Below are positions 13,264 through 26,451 of a stretch of 64,000 nt of DNA, piece by piece. The notes under the pieces are model-generated. The model did no database searches and was not told the DNA's origin. It saw nothing but the letters and a program-made list of their open reading frames with translations. Position 1 is the first letter of the stretch, and each line of letters opens with the position of its first letter. The DNA is from Paraphysomonas bandaiensis (taxonomy: Eukaryota > Protista > Chrysophyceae), in NCBI GenBank assembly GCA_965644295.1, contig CBFFRP010000276.1:87185-151184 (forward strand), given 5' to 3'. The position numbers were made by a program, and so were the translations under genes.

Positions 13264-13590
13264 AAAAACATCTAGCCAGTATATGTAAAAGAACAAGAAG
13301 CGTTGAAACATATATACAGCTAAGTTTTATTTGATGCCGTACTTGGTAATTGTAATTTCTGCTATCGTAACATATTACTCTAAAATCTAAAATAGTTCCT
13401 TGTAAGAACGTTTGAAGTATTTGTAGATGTAGAAGCGACTATGCTTACGGATTAATACCCTTCAATAGTATACGGATTGACGGTTTTCATATCGGTAAGT
13501 GATTAATGTCGTGTAGTAGGCAATACTCCTTCGTATTACTTATGACAAAATCTTAATTTAGATACAGCACTTGATTCTATAATTTAGTCA

Positions 13591-14402
13591 CTACGCTAGT
13601 TTCACTGCAACAAATGTATTAACATAAGAATACCTTGACAGGACAATGAACAGCCGTCTGTACCACACAAACTGTGAAGCATGTGCACACATAGACCTAT
13701 AAGTCGTCAGATGACTGTTGTTAATAACTACAAACTCCTCAAATACTAATGAACACAAAATATCAAGAGGGCCTAAAAACTTTCTGAAAATGTTTGTGGA
13801 AATAAGTTTTACACACTGTATGTTGAAATCGAACTTTCTGTATATAGAAACGGCTTGAACAACTCCCCTGGACGTCGCAATATGGTTGGGATGACCTGAC
13901 ACACCACTCTCATCAAAGGTTACCACCTGTACACATAGGACACGTCAGAGATTAGTTTTTCCAATATATATAGTAAATACAGTACATCTCAATATAGTAA
14001 CAAGAATGCACTATTAACTATACGCCTACAATATATACACAAGGCATGTGTCTATACCAGATCCGGCTCAACGTCTTTCAAGATGTCCAACACAGTCTCA
14101 GAAACAACACTAATTGGCCATGATATGCTCATACTATCTTGTAAAAGAGGATGATCTACTACATACACATCTTCAGTTCGTATTCCATACAAATGTGCGG
14201 AATGTAACAACTCTTGTTTTCTTCTTTCACCTAAACCTTCAAAATTACCAGTTGATAAACAAAGTAATGATATTGTACAAGATGAAGGAAAAGAATTTAA
14301 AATTGGTGAAAAAAACATCGCTTCATCATCAGGATGTGCGATTATAAGAAGAATATTTCTATTCTTCTCAATTCTGTTATTTTTATTAGATTTCATCCAC
14401 AT
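13591..14402 (-). CDS. PIGL: GlcNAc-PI de-N-acetylase (PIG-L), 2 exons
   Basis: IIAHPDDEAMFFSP, LCLSTGN..GLG..RKQEL, TFDESGVSGHPNH, HASQFVWYRRL; intron ~14057-13927. Confidence 0.92.
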
Positions 14403-14564
14403 TTTTATATATATTATGAGTTGATAAAGAGATTCTATCTTAGTATACTCTGTTTACACCACTATCATATAGAGGAAATGACAATATATACAGATTGTGT
14501 GATCATATTGTCTGATAATAAGTATGTAAGGTATGCAGAGGAGGGTACGTGAGTATCCTGTACA

Positions 14565-14691
14565 GTATCAGCATCCTTTGTATATTTTTGTTCAAAGATG
14601 CCTCAAATATTGAGATAACAATTATCTGTATTCCAGCCGTAGTTGTATATCAGTAATATAGAGTATATTTGATTCAATTTATTTCCGAAAA
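14565..14691 (+). repeat. ~135-bp dispersed upstream-region repeat (MITE-like), copy 1 (3'-truncated)
   Basis: Near-identical to 26111-26248(-), 31754-31892(+) and 40159-40283(+). Confidence 0.85.
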
Positions 14692-15069
14692 CATTATATG
14701 CATGCGCATATCACAGCACGTAACTTTAAGACCCTATATACGGATGCAGTCTGCAGTATACAGCAGTATACCAGGATACTTCTCCCTCATATACGGATAT
14801 GGTATGCATGTATCAGTGCATAGGTCCAGATGTACAGGTATATAAATACTCCTCCTATACGTACATATATGACTATACGTACATTCGTAGTACTAAAACA
14901 CTCTTATGGAGTGTGCATGCATATAAGAGTTAGCTACCTCTCACTCATAGTTACATTACTCATATATATATATATATACACTGAATAACTACATAATTTA
15001 AATAATATTTCACAAATTCAGTGTATTTACAATAATTTAATTACTCTATCTATCAAACTACTTAATCCA

Positions 15070-18000
15070 ATGAACGATAATAACGGTACGTACATACATA
15101 CATACATACATACATAATCATATATATACAGATACATTCAACCCTCCACCAGGATTATCAAATAATCTTCCAGCATTTTTTCAAACTCCTGGTATTACAG
15201 TATTAGATGAATTAGAAGGGATGGCTTTAGGTGGGAATATGGATGATGGTATTGCTGATGATGATGATAATAATATGGAAACATTTGGAGATTCAAATGA
15301 AATATATACGGGTACAGAAACTCTTCCAGATTTTTTTTCTAAAACAACAATATCATCATCTGAAGAAATTTATTCTATTACCGATATGCCTCCTCCTGGT
15401 ATGCCTCCATTGGATCAACAACCGGTACTTCCCTCAGGTGCAAAGGTGTTGGATTCAAATATGAAGGAAGTAGCCGTTTCTTCGAACAATACTTCAGCTG
15501 ATGAGGATAGTTCAAAGCAGCCTCCTGCTGCCCCTCGCATGCCAATCGAAGGGCCAAAGCTTCTTCCCTGTCCACCGGGATATGTCCCTCCTCCTCAATC
15601 ACTCGCTAGCTTATCTACTCCTGGCGCTGGAGCTACTTGGCACTATGGTTATCTTCCTAGAGCTATAAGAGGTCCAATGATGCAGCATCAGTATAGTGCT
15701 CCAAATAGGTCTCGGAATATGCCTAGAAATGCACCTCAAGGGCAGCAGCGTGGTAATGGTAATCGACAACAATCGCAATATAGGGAACAGAATTCCCACG
15801 GAAGCAGTGGTAAGGATGTCGTACCAGACATGAGTGTTCCAGCTACCGGTATTGCACCTGGCCTTAGTTTTCCTGTCGTAAATACCCCCCCTGGTTTACC
15901 CCAAGTTCAACCGCATCATCATGCAAACAGGGCTCCGCCGAGTCATATGCCAGGTCGCGGAGGGAATAGATTTATCCCACCACAGCAGCAGTTTGGCCGA
16001 AATTTGCCAACAGGAGAAATGATGAAAGCCTCCGATGTCAAGTGAGGGCTGTTGTACTGTTGTGCTTATGTTGTGTTTCACATGCAATACTGTACATTGA
16101 AATATACCAATGTTGCATACACTTCAGTTCTGTTGCGTTTACTTACTTATATAGGTTTGTGGTTTCAAAAGTACTCCAATTGACGGAGACACAGGATCCG
16201 TACAACGACGACTTTTATTACATTCAGGTCCTGCTTTCATTGAAATATAATATCGTAGTCGTCTTCCCAGCGTATGATTACATTTTTGCGATATATCTAT
16301 CTAAAAATGTGTATCACTGATTTTTGTTTACATCTATTTAATTTTCTGGTTTAGACCACTATAAAGAAACATGAAAAGCGAGTTCGTGAGGCTCTTGACT
16401 GCAATATGCCACCCCCTCCTCCACTTCCGGTGATCCCATATAACGTCTGACATGAACACTCTGTAATACTCTGTATCTGCTACAGATACCACTCCCCACT
16501 TGGACAGAGACCAGAGAGCGTGTTAAGGCTGAGATTGATGCCACCAGGAATAGGATAGAGAACAATTCCAGACTTTGGGAGTCTCAAGAAAAGGTCATAT
16601 CCAGAGCTCTATGTTGTAGATGCTCGTATGAGGGTCACCGATGCTGTCACACGAACATTTTGTCACTTTCTTGAATCTCTTTTTCTGTGTAAAATTTACT
16701 TACTGCTTTACTTGGGCGATTTGCTCAATATGTGATACACCTGGAAAATATGTCACTTCGCCTATGTTGTAGGTCCTCGGTCACACCGTTAGGTCAGATG
16801 TGTCGAAACCTAGGGCTGTGTTGGACCTTTCCACAGCCGAAGAACGGCTAGCACGATGTGTACCTCCAGGTTTGATTTATAAAATCTTTGGATGTACTTG
16901 TTTTTGCCGTGTTGGTCTTTGTATGCCAATCCTCCGAGTTTATATACATCGAATTTTTTTTATGGCTGCTCCCTTAACGAAGTCTTACAGATGCAGACCC
17001 TTCTGCCCCGTCACTTTTCGGGGATGTGGATCCTCTTGCCCCAAATGCACATGAACTGTACGATGCAGGTGAGTACTTCTTCTGTATTTGTTGTAATATA
17101 CAAAAGATTTTTGTGAAATTGTTTGATTTAGTGGTATTGTCGTTGCTTATTACGCTTTTTGCACTCTATATAAGGCATCTTCTATGCTTATTTTTATATT
17201 ACTGTTCAACAGGAGGTGGTTGTGAGGATGACGATGAGGATAGGGTGAACCCCTTTACGACTGTTCTATGGAATATGCGCATGGCAGCGAACAGAGGATT
17301 TACAGCACTGTATACAGCACAGGTGTTAATTTACCATATATACCACTCGCGTATCTGTTTAAATGGGCAATATATATTGCGTTCTAACATGAATGCAAAT
17401 AATGTATTTATTGTCCTAATGAATCCGACACAGGAATTGCATCAACTTCTTATGACCCCTTTAGTTGCCTCCAATCCTATGGTTCGAAATGAGATATTGG
17501 CGAATGCCCAAAAGTCTCTTGCTTTACTTTCGAAATGCCTCGGAATTAAGGTCCATAAACCGAGCAGTGAGATTGATCCGAACTCTCTTCCTGTAATTAT
17601 ATTGGACGGTGCTCTAGTAGCGGCATTGCTGCAAACTGTAAAAGGCAAAAAACTCATTGCACGCGGATTGCCCATTATTCCCGCGGATGAAAGGTACTAA
17701 TATATGTGCGCCAAATGTATACTATGTTATCTTCACGTGCGTATATTACGGTGTTAAACATATACTATTGTAGGTGGACTTTATTGCCTGTGATAGTAGC
17801 CAGGATACTGCAGAAGGATCCCTCTGAGCAATCTCCAGAGGATGCCGCAGTTGAAACCACCTTGTTGTGTACACTTATTCGGGTACGTTCATGCTATGTT
17901 CGCGTGGTGGATGAACTCTTCTCATCGTATCCTTTTGTAGTTCATTGAATTTGAACATCAGTCTATCACCGAACGGCAACAGCATTTTCAAGCTAATCAT

Positions 18001-18249
18001 GCCCTAGATCACACAGAGTCTTTGGTGATGCTCTTGAGCCATCTTAGACAATGTATCAAATCTGTAATGGTATCACAAATGGAGAAAAGTCAGCTTCGAA
18101 AGGCCTTGAAATCAAGTCGTAAACGAGCAGAAGTCATGAATATCACCCTCAGACTTGGGAACAAAATAACTGAAGTCATTGACGACGAGTCGAAAAAGGT
18201 TGATTGGTGGCAGATGCGAGATGCCTTTATGCTAATGTTGGAAAACTAA
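15070..18249 (+). CDS. PAT1: PAT1-like mRNA decapping activator, multi-exon
   Basis: N-terminal DDDNNMETFGD motif, Pro/Gln-rich region, MMKASDVK|FVVSKVLQLTETQDPYNDDFYY motif, helical C-terminus; first intron 15086-15131. Confidence 0.8.
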
Positions 18250-18965
18250 TGGCAAAGAGTTCGATGCTACTTTTCAGTAACACTTATTTGAATAGCGAAC
18301 TAAGAGGTGCAGTCGTAAAAATATCTGTAGTGGGACGGGAAAAAATATGAGCCTGGTGTTGTACAAGATTGAAGGGGTAGTAATTGAGCATTGCAGCTTA
18401 ACAGTGCAGTGTATGATTATTAACTTTTTATTAATCTAATCATAATATGTACTGGAATGGAAATATTAACCAGCCACCTATTTTACTACTATAAAGTGTA
18501 GTATACTGGAAACGTATTTTCCCGTGGATATTGTAGTGCTATATCGGCGAGCTTTACAGCTATACCGAGGTTGTCATAATACATCTCGCAAGGTTGAACT
18601 TTGGGATGATAAAATCGTAACATCATATAAATATATATCTTATATCGTTTCTGGAATTCGAATATCCACTAATAAAACAGTGTTCCAGAAGCCAAGGCTT
18701 TCTGATGATGTAACTGGTTAACTAGTCTTATAATTTAATTCTAGATCATATCGGTATAGTTTCTTTAACTCAAATACACACACAAAACAACGACGAAATA
18801 CTACTGTATGTTTTGGGGATATATATTTTGATTAAACATATGTTGATAGTGACCTATTCTATTCGCCTATCATACTCTAAATAGTTTTCTTCTGCGTTGT
18901 ATTTCTACCTACGTAACTTATTTTTGCGTTGGCATATCACTGCATTACATAATGAGATATCATAC

Positions 18966-20592
18966 CTACACCGTGTCTGTTGCTGTAACAACGGTCGCAG
19001 CATTGACAGTTGTAACATACCCTTCGTGTGTCTCAAGTTCGCCTTCTGTTGCAGGTCTTCGGGGCCGCGATATGATACGTCTTCGTGAACAGCACTGAAC
19101 CGGAGTACGAGTACCATTGAAATGTTTCGCCACAGCAACCCAATCCACATTACCGTCATTCCGCACACATTCCTCAGACACTTTCAGCAACAGTTCATCC
19201 TAACGCAGACGTAAGAGTTAAGAAAAATAACATACAAAATAAATACAACACGTTCTATACGTCAATATTGCCGCACCTCATGTGGCTCAAACGGAGTAGT
19301 CAAGTGCCCAGAGTCCATATAGCGCAGTGTTTTGGACCACCTTAATCTGTGCAAATATCATCGAAATGCTACATTTTTGCATGCAAAATATAATGTAGTA
19401 CGATCCCGCACAACATTGCATTGTATAATTCAGATTGCGTACCTGCATTGCTCTGGAGATCTAGTCTTTCCCATTAGTTCAGACACCTTAATCCAATCCA
19501 GTCCACCTCTCGGTCCTTTTCCATCGCATTCTGCAACTGCAGATCGCAACACTTCATCCTATATATCAACAAACACTAAATGCTTGTGCAGATACATGTC
19601 GCATATATACCTCTTCGGCAGTGAATTTCGATGTTTTCACAGGTTCAGTGCAATGTTTAAGGAAGCAATTCCAGCGTTCCAAGCACTGGCGTCGATTAAG
19701 CTCACCTCCCATAGCCTCTAAAACCTAATAGGTAAAAATGAAATGCAGACATCGACGACACCAGAATATTAACCAAAACTACACACAGGACACCAACAAA
19801 AGAAAACTATTTAAAAGGTGCCACAAATTAAAGAAGTGTTTTGCTCAAACGAATAAAAACTATAGAAAGCAACGAACCTTCTTCCATTTGACCTTGTCGT
19901 CGATAGTGTTTGCTTCAACAGCCGCCCTGAGACGATTGTCCTGTTGATACAAAAGTGTGAGACAGGTGAAAACAGAATATCTGTGGTAATTCTACTCTGT
20001 TGCCACTATTATAGTGGCAACTCCTGCAGAAACGAAATATTTCGCCAATCACAACATAACGTTACTACGTGCACAAGATATATATGCTATACGCAGCAAA
20101 ATAGTGAACATGTCTTACCATATCTTGTGTCCACAGCTTTCGCTTTTTTGGGTTCCTCTTTTCTGCACTACCAGGCCCAGCTAGCAACTAAATACACAGA
20201 AACATATTACCAAATAGATATCTCACATAGAGGTCACGTGGTAATAATATGATTGAAATAACAATATAAGAACATATAATGACCTGATGAGAACTAGATT
20301 CTGTTGCTAATATACTCCCTTCTTTTAATGTAGTTGTTATATCAGATTCTGAATTGTTATTCGTATCTATTACAGGAATTGATTGAATTGCTTTCGAACA
20401 TTCCAATGCAGCTAATAAATGTTTATGTTGTTCTTTTATTGTTGTTAATTCATGTAAATATTTTGCTGCAATAGTTTCAGTATGAATTAATTTTTGTTTC
20501 ACTTTATTTAATTCATTTTCAATATCTTCCATTCTTTGTTTATTATGATCATGTATATCCATATTGATATGATCATTCATTGAATTCTCCAT
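18966..20592 (-). CDS. Myb/SANT-repeat protein (about 3 repeats) with N-terminal coiled coil, multi-exon
   Basis: Spliced reading gives VKWKK..RRQCLERWN, FTAEEDEVLR..DWIKVSELMGKTRSPEQCRLRWS, FEPHEDELLL..DWVAVAKHFNGTRTPVQC. Confidence 0.8.
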
Positions 20593-20883
20593 ATATTATA
20601 TGAAATAAGAATCCTTTCCTGATTGAATAAGAAGATAGATATTGATAAGAGAGTATTTTGAAATGAGCGGATGTCTCTTATCCGGGTAATATGAAATGAA
20701 CCGATATATATATATATATACTGTATATGTGTATGGAAGAGTCTGTACGATACACTGATTATAGTAGTATATATACATGTACAGAACTAATCAAAATTTC
20801 CGGTTGTTTTTAAATCGATCCGGTAGTACGTACACACAGAAGATCATGTAACCAGTAGGAATTCCTACTACGAACGTATACTG

Positions 20884-21146
20884 TACATACATACATACAT
20901 ACATACATACATACATACATACATACATACATACATACATACATACATACATACATACATACATACATACATACATACATACATACATACATACATACAT
21001 ACATACGTACATACATACATACATACATACATACATACGTACATACATACATACATACATACGTACATACATACATACATACATACATACATACATACAT
21101 ACATACATACATACATACGTACATACATACATACATACATACGTAC
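20884..21146. repeat. (TACA)n tetranucleotide microsatellite, ~260 bp
   Basis: Direct inspection; occasional TACG interruptions; lies in a divergent intergenic region. Confidence 0.97.
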
Positions 21147-21253
21147 ATATACAAAGATATGGTGAATCATTCGAAGATATGAATCATGGAGTGGGTAGCT
21201 CAGTTGAACATTTCCTAATTCACACTATAAACAATAATTCTTTTTATAACCAT

Positions 21254-22578
21254 ATGTTACTTTCTAATCTTCGTGTAGGTATAATTGGTGGCTCAATATC
21301 TGGTCAATTAAATGCATACTATCTTATACAGTTAGGTGCCAATGTGACTATCTATGAACGATCCAATACAGATAGTTTTATAGACCGGGGTGTTGGTATA
21401 GGTGTACCTACACATATTATTAATAAGCTTACATCTGAGGGTATATTAAGTAGTGATATGAAATATCTTCATTGTTCATTTTTTAATCGTATTGTACCAA
21501 ACAAGATCACACATACAGAGTATGGTAATATACTATGGAAACAACCTATACAAGTTGAGTTACTGAGTTGGTCAGAATTATTTCATCAATTATCTTATCA
21601 TATTCCAAAAAATATTATTCAGTTTGATAAAAAAGTGGTATCTGTTGAAATGAATGCAGATCACAAACCAACAATTGAGTTTGCAGATGGAAGCAGACAA
21701 GAGTTTGATCTCGTCATTGGATCAGATGGTTATCAATCCACAGTACGAAAGTATATTTCTCCTGAATCTAATCTTCAATATGCTGGATATGTTCTTTGGA
21801 GAGGATTCTTAACCGAATCAGAACTACAGAATTTTACTGCGGATCCTTCAGTTTTCGATGAATTTGCATTCGTGTTTCTTCCTGAGGTTGGAGGCCACCT
21901 AGTAATGTACTATGTAATCAAGGCAGACGGTCAAAAAGTTCTAACATGGGGCCTATATATTGTCCTCGATCGTGATGAATTCGATGTTGCTATGACAGAC
22001 AAAAATGGCTGTAAACATTCATATACTGTACCAGCTGGGTGTGTAAATGTCGCAATAGAGGAGAAATGGAAACATATGGCAATGAAAGAGTTACCAGATG
22101 TGTTTGGTGCAGTTATTGCTGCCACTTCTAACACATTCATTCAAGGCATATTTGACATGGATCTGCCTTCTTTGACAAGGGGGAAGGTTGTTCTTACAGG
22201 TGGGTGTTGTTGCTGTTGAATCATTCACTATTACTTGCTCTTCACTCGTGCAGCTAATATACTACTGCATGGAGTATAGGTGATGCCGGTTTCGTGGCTC
22301 GACCTCATACAGTAGCTGGGTTTGCTAAAGCTTATGAGAATGCCACAGCATTGCTGGCCGCCCTGACTGAGAGCACATCTATTGAAGAAGCACTTCAGAA
22401 ATACGACTCTTCACAGATCGCTACAATGCACCAGGCGATTGTGCTCGGCCGCAACCTAGGAGATGGAACTGTGCTCAATATACCTTGCGAGATAAAGGAG
22501 TGGAACGATGAACAGTGTAAGGAGTGGCTGGGATCGCTCATTAATGTGAGCGGAAAGCTAAATATATACTCAAAATAA
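21254..22578 (+). CDS. FAD-dependent monooxygenase (2,6-dihydroxypyridine hydroxylase-like group A flavoprotein), 2 exons
   Basis: VGIIGGSISG, DLVIGSDG, YAGYVLWRG; intron 22200-22279 restores LTG|DAGFVARPHT; an alternative in-frame ATG lies at 21179. Confidence 0.85.
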
Positions 22579-23020
22579 ATTGTCGATTAGTCTTCTATGA
22601 AAGCAGTAATATATTCTTTAGGACGAGATATATGTTATGCTGTTGAGTAGTGAAGATTTGTGAGTAACTGAAGCTTTTAATACTGTATGAATTCAACGTT
22701 CATATTATGGTAACTACATCGTCATGCTTGTCCTGTGTACGTATTGAGTATGGTAGGAGGTAAAAGAATAGATCTGAGAATTGCGGTTGAGACACATTAC
22801 TCCACTTAGTCAAACTGGTTCCATACCGAAGAGGAACAAGCGTAAATATCTATGTTCTACTATAATGTAAACTGATACCATACACTACTCAGCAGCATAA
22901 AATACATGCAGTGAATCTCGTCAGCATATGAAGTTACTAATTTTCTTTTTAAAGTCGTGTACTTCAATCTCGTAGAAATTTATGCAAATGGAATGGTCTT
23001 AATAGCGTTAACATTTAGTT

Positions 23021-23131
23021 ATATTTAACCACGGGCAATAAAGAGGCTATATCATCCCGCGCTTAAAATTTTGAAACGAGGGCGTTTTAAATTTAGACAA
23101 GGGACGATACTCTTTATCCCTAGGTTAAATT
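23021..23131. repeat. Imperfect ~110-bp palindrome, possible MITE
   Basis: ATTTAACC..GGG..ATAAAGAG mirrored by CTCTTTATCCCTAGGTTAAAT; inner ATCATCCC/GGGACGAT. Confidence 0.45.
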
Positions 23132-23955
23132 GTAGCTTATCACCATGACGTTGAAAAGTTAATATTAGATTGTATAGCGATTTGTAGCATGCTTGCTGTA
23201 TTAAGAAATAGATATTCCCTGATTAAAATTAAGAAAACAAATGAGAACTCATATACTTTCAAATTAATGATATGTATACTGTTTGCTTAGGGAGTAGCAA
23301 TAGTACTAGATCAATAAACTCCAGGTTTCTATAAGAACTGCTACAACAAATGTACACAGAAGGATACTGAGGGAATAGCAACTGCGAGGTGTTGATATTC
23401 GTACATAAGTGTGATGATGAATGTGAACAGTAGTAGGCGCAAGAGAAACTTCTTATTGCCTTAATTATTAATTAGCATCATCATCACATTTATATACAAT
23501 CCGCTTTACCGCTGCTAGTGCACCTGATCGAATGATGTGTGTATGAGTATGATATGAGGAACACAATATGGCCCAAACCTAAAAGAACTGGGTGTCACTG
23601 CTCCTAACCACCTATATAGCATCAGATATGGCACTTTATCTCTCCTGAAATATTCTTGAAGTTGTTTGAAGTCCTGACCTCATTACGATCTTATACATCA
23701 GTCGAAGGATGGAATATAACTTGGAGTGTTTGATAAAATGCTCTGATAGTTGACTCATGATTATAGTTTATCTATAATTGTGTACTACAATGAAAGCACA
23801 TACATATTATGACTGTCAATATTATAATGGGAAATATTATTCAACCTAGTCAAATTAGTTGAATGCCTATATTTGCCCGGTGATGATATGAGCGCTCTGC
23901 CGAGCCCAAATCAGGCCAAAAAAGAGCTTTTTTAGTTAAAATGGGGATATATTTA

Positions 23956-24708
23956 CCTGACGGCACACAGTCTACGGAACCTAGAAACAGCGGTTATTAA
24001 TCTCCTGCAACCGCTTTACACTGCAGCGAAGCTTATGCTACAGGATCGCGGTTGTCGCTATATCACCATGTCCAAAAGGCCGCCCAGACTACTCCCGAGA
24101 CCCCGTCCGAAACGCAGTCAGTCAAGACAACGTCCGAGAGTCCTTCGACTACTAGGGGTCCAACGAAGACCCCCCACAGCGTCCCCGACTCCAGACACAC
24201 GTGCACACCTCACAGGTCCTACCCGACAGAGCACTGGACTGCCCAGACCTCCACAACGCCGACGGCTTCGACAACTCTATCTACACCCGCGGCCCCACAG
24301 GAGCACAGTAACACAGACTACAAACCCAACTCCTCCTCCCAACAATCCCCACCACTCTCAACCCACACATCTGGAACTAGGTGCACTCAGGACCCTAATC
24401 CAGAACGCTGAGCCCCCTCCAACACCAATGGAGACCCATCCCAAAGGGAGACCCCCAGATCAATAGCGCCGGTGAGTCCACGGACACACGATAAAGGCGA
24501 ATTTCATATCACACAAAAGAACGGAAGTGGTTGCACCTTGGTGCTTGCGGCGACGCACAAGCAGCTTTCGTAGCGTTAAATAGTAGGATAAAAGAGTTTG
24601 TATTGATTAGTTACGGGTAGTGGTCTAACTAGTATGACTAGCATTCTTCTAGCCACTAATTGATGCAAGGTCTCAACGCCTATTGCTAAATAATCAGACA
24701 TTCACTAC
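23956..24708 (+). mobile_element. 5'-truncated LINE (family B)
   Basis: 14-bp TSD TGGGGATATATTTA (23942-23955, 24709-24722); ORF ends PKGRPPDQ*; 3' UTR shared with 29110-29302. Confidence 0.88.
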
Positions 24709-25165
24709 TGGGGATATATTTATATACTTCTTCCCCACGTTTCAGGAATACAATACTCGTACAAAGTAAGTAATGGAATATCTGTCAATGTAGTTACGAC
24801 ATATACCATTACCACACCCATGCACATTACAACTGATCTTGTTTATTGTGTATGCGTCTATGCGTACCTAATTATACAAGTGTTCCAAGTAATACTAAAC
24901 TAGACTCTCATGCGTTCTATTCTCTCATACACTGAGGACTCTTCCAACACGGGTACAGATGTGCGCACAAGTTGTCCATATTTGCACAGGAGATCAAAAA
25001 GTGCGAAACAATGCGACAATTCGAAAACACAAAAAATATAGGGCAGTACGAAAGGGGAAATTATTATTATATTCGGAGGAATCACGGCGCACTAATAAAC
25101 GTAAATAATACGAATTCCAAAGTCAAAATCAAATTGTTTGGTACCACGGGAAAGTGGTCTCTTTC

Positions 25166-25735
25166 CTAATGGTTTCTCACCCCACTCGATCTTCGTCGCG
25201 AAGTCGAAGTATCATCCGGAAACCTTCCAACACCACTTGTAGATGTTCTCATCTCAGATATATTGCGTGGATCACGGTTATGGCCTTTACTAGATACAGT
25301 TGATTTCGTAAACTTTTTATTCGCGGCAGCGTTCTTTAGGGACAGGAAAAGTATCAGCACACTAGCGATTGCAAGGACTAGAGGAAAAGTAAACGCTTCA
25401 CCAAGCATTACGTGAGTTATACAAGCTCCAGTCAATACTACAATGCTAATAATTGAGGCAAATACAGGCATATACCCAGTTCCCCATAGCAACAATGCAG
25501 CAGCTAATTCAACATTTCCAATAAAGAATTTAAAAGCCATTGGAGAAGCTTTATGTCCTATATGATCAAATAATATTTTTTGCCATAATGGAACATAAAG
25601 TGAACGAAATGAATTTTCCATAAATATATAAGTATCAGGATGAATATATGGAGATACTTTACATACACCAGATAAAAGAAATATTGATGATATAATAAAT
25701 TTTAATAATATTCTTATAGAATCTTTATTATTCAT
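25166..25735 (-). CDS. TMEM35/NACHO-like DoxX-family membrane protein
   Basis: Four TM helices; FLLSGVCKVSP, IGNVELAAALLL, GACITH pattern; basic tail. Confidence 0.7.
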   Translation of the reverse strand: MNNKDSIRILLKFIISSIFLLSGVCKVSPYIHPDTYIFMENSFRSLYVPLWQKILFDHIGHKASPMAFKFFIGNVELAAALLLWGTGYMPVFASIISIVVLTGACITHVMLGEAFTFPLVLAIASVLILFLSLKNAAANKKFTKSTVSSKGHNRDPRNISEMRTSTSGVGRFPDDTSTSRRRSSGVRNH

Positions 25736-26110
25736 TTGTAATGAATTTGATAGATGTATGTATGTGTGTGTGTTAATAATAATTGTGGGAACTTGTGATT
25801 ATATATATGCATATATATATATAGGCACGTAGAGATATCCAACTAGAGGATGTCTACGTGTCAATATACTACCAGGACATTTCTCTGCTCTGTGTATGTA
25901 TCTATCCATACATATTCAGTCAACAGGCCATTTTTCTAGATGTCAAACACTTCCACTTTCTTCATACTGCTGTACGTACTGGTACAGTATAGCAGAGTTT
26001 GCACAAGAAAGTCCTTTTTTTTACGTCAAAACTCCGGTTTTCCAAGTCATCATGATATATATTGCTGCATGCTGTATAGTGGGAACTACATAGAGAGGAT
26101 ACATACACTC

Positions 26111-26248
26111 TAGCATCTTATTTTTCGGAAATAAATTGAAGTAAGTATCCTCTATATTACTGATATACAAGTACGGCTGGAATACAGATAATTGTTATCT
26201 CAATATTGGAGGCATCTTTGAACAAAAATATACAAAGGATGCCAATAC
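26111..26248 (-). repeat. ~135-bp upstream-region repeat, copy 2
   Basis: Reverse complement of copies 1, 3 and 4. Confidence 0.85.
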
Positions 26249-26451
26249 GTATATATCCATGAATAGACAGACACTCATTGCCTCATAGTATCGTTATTCA
26301 TTATTTGAGTAGTATCGTTATGACTCTTTACGAACCAGCTATGAGTGATAGTTGTCATCATGCTATGGTAGTAAGCACACTATCATGTAGATAATCATAC
26401 ACAGATCCTACAGTGCTTGCATATCTATTACCCGTGGATACCTTTATCTAA

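Noticed and set aside
20791-21170. MYVC-repeat ORFs
   Set aside because: Translations of the (TACA)n microsatellite
22200-22219. Poly-Cys C-terminus (GGCCCC) of the 346-aa monooxygenase ORF
   Set aside because: Lies in an intron; splicing restores the conserved GDAG motif
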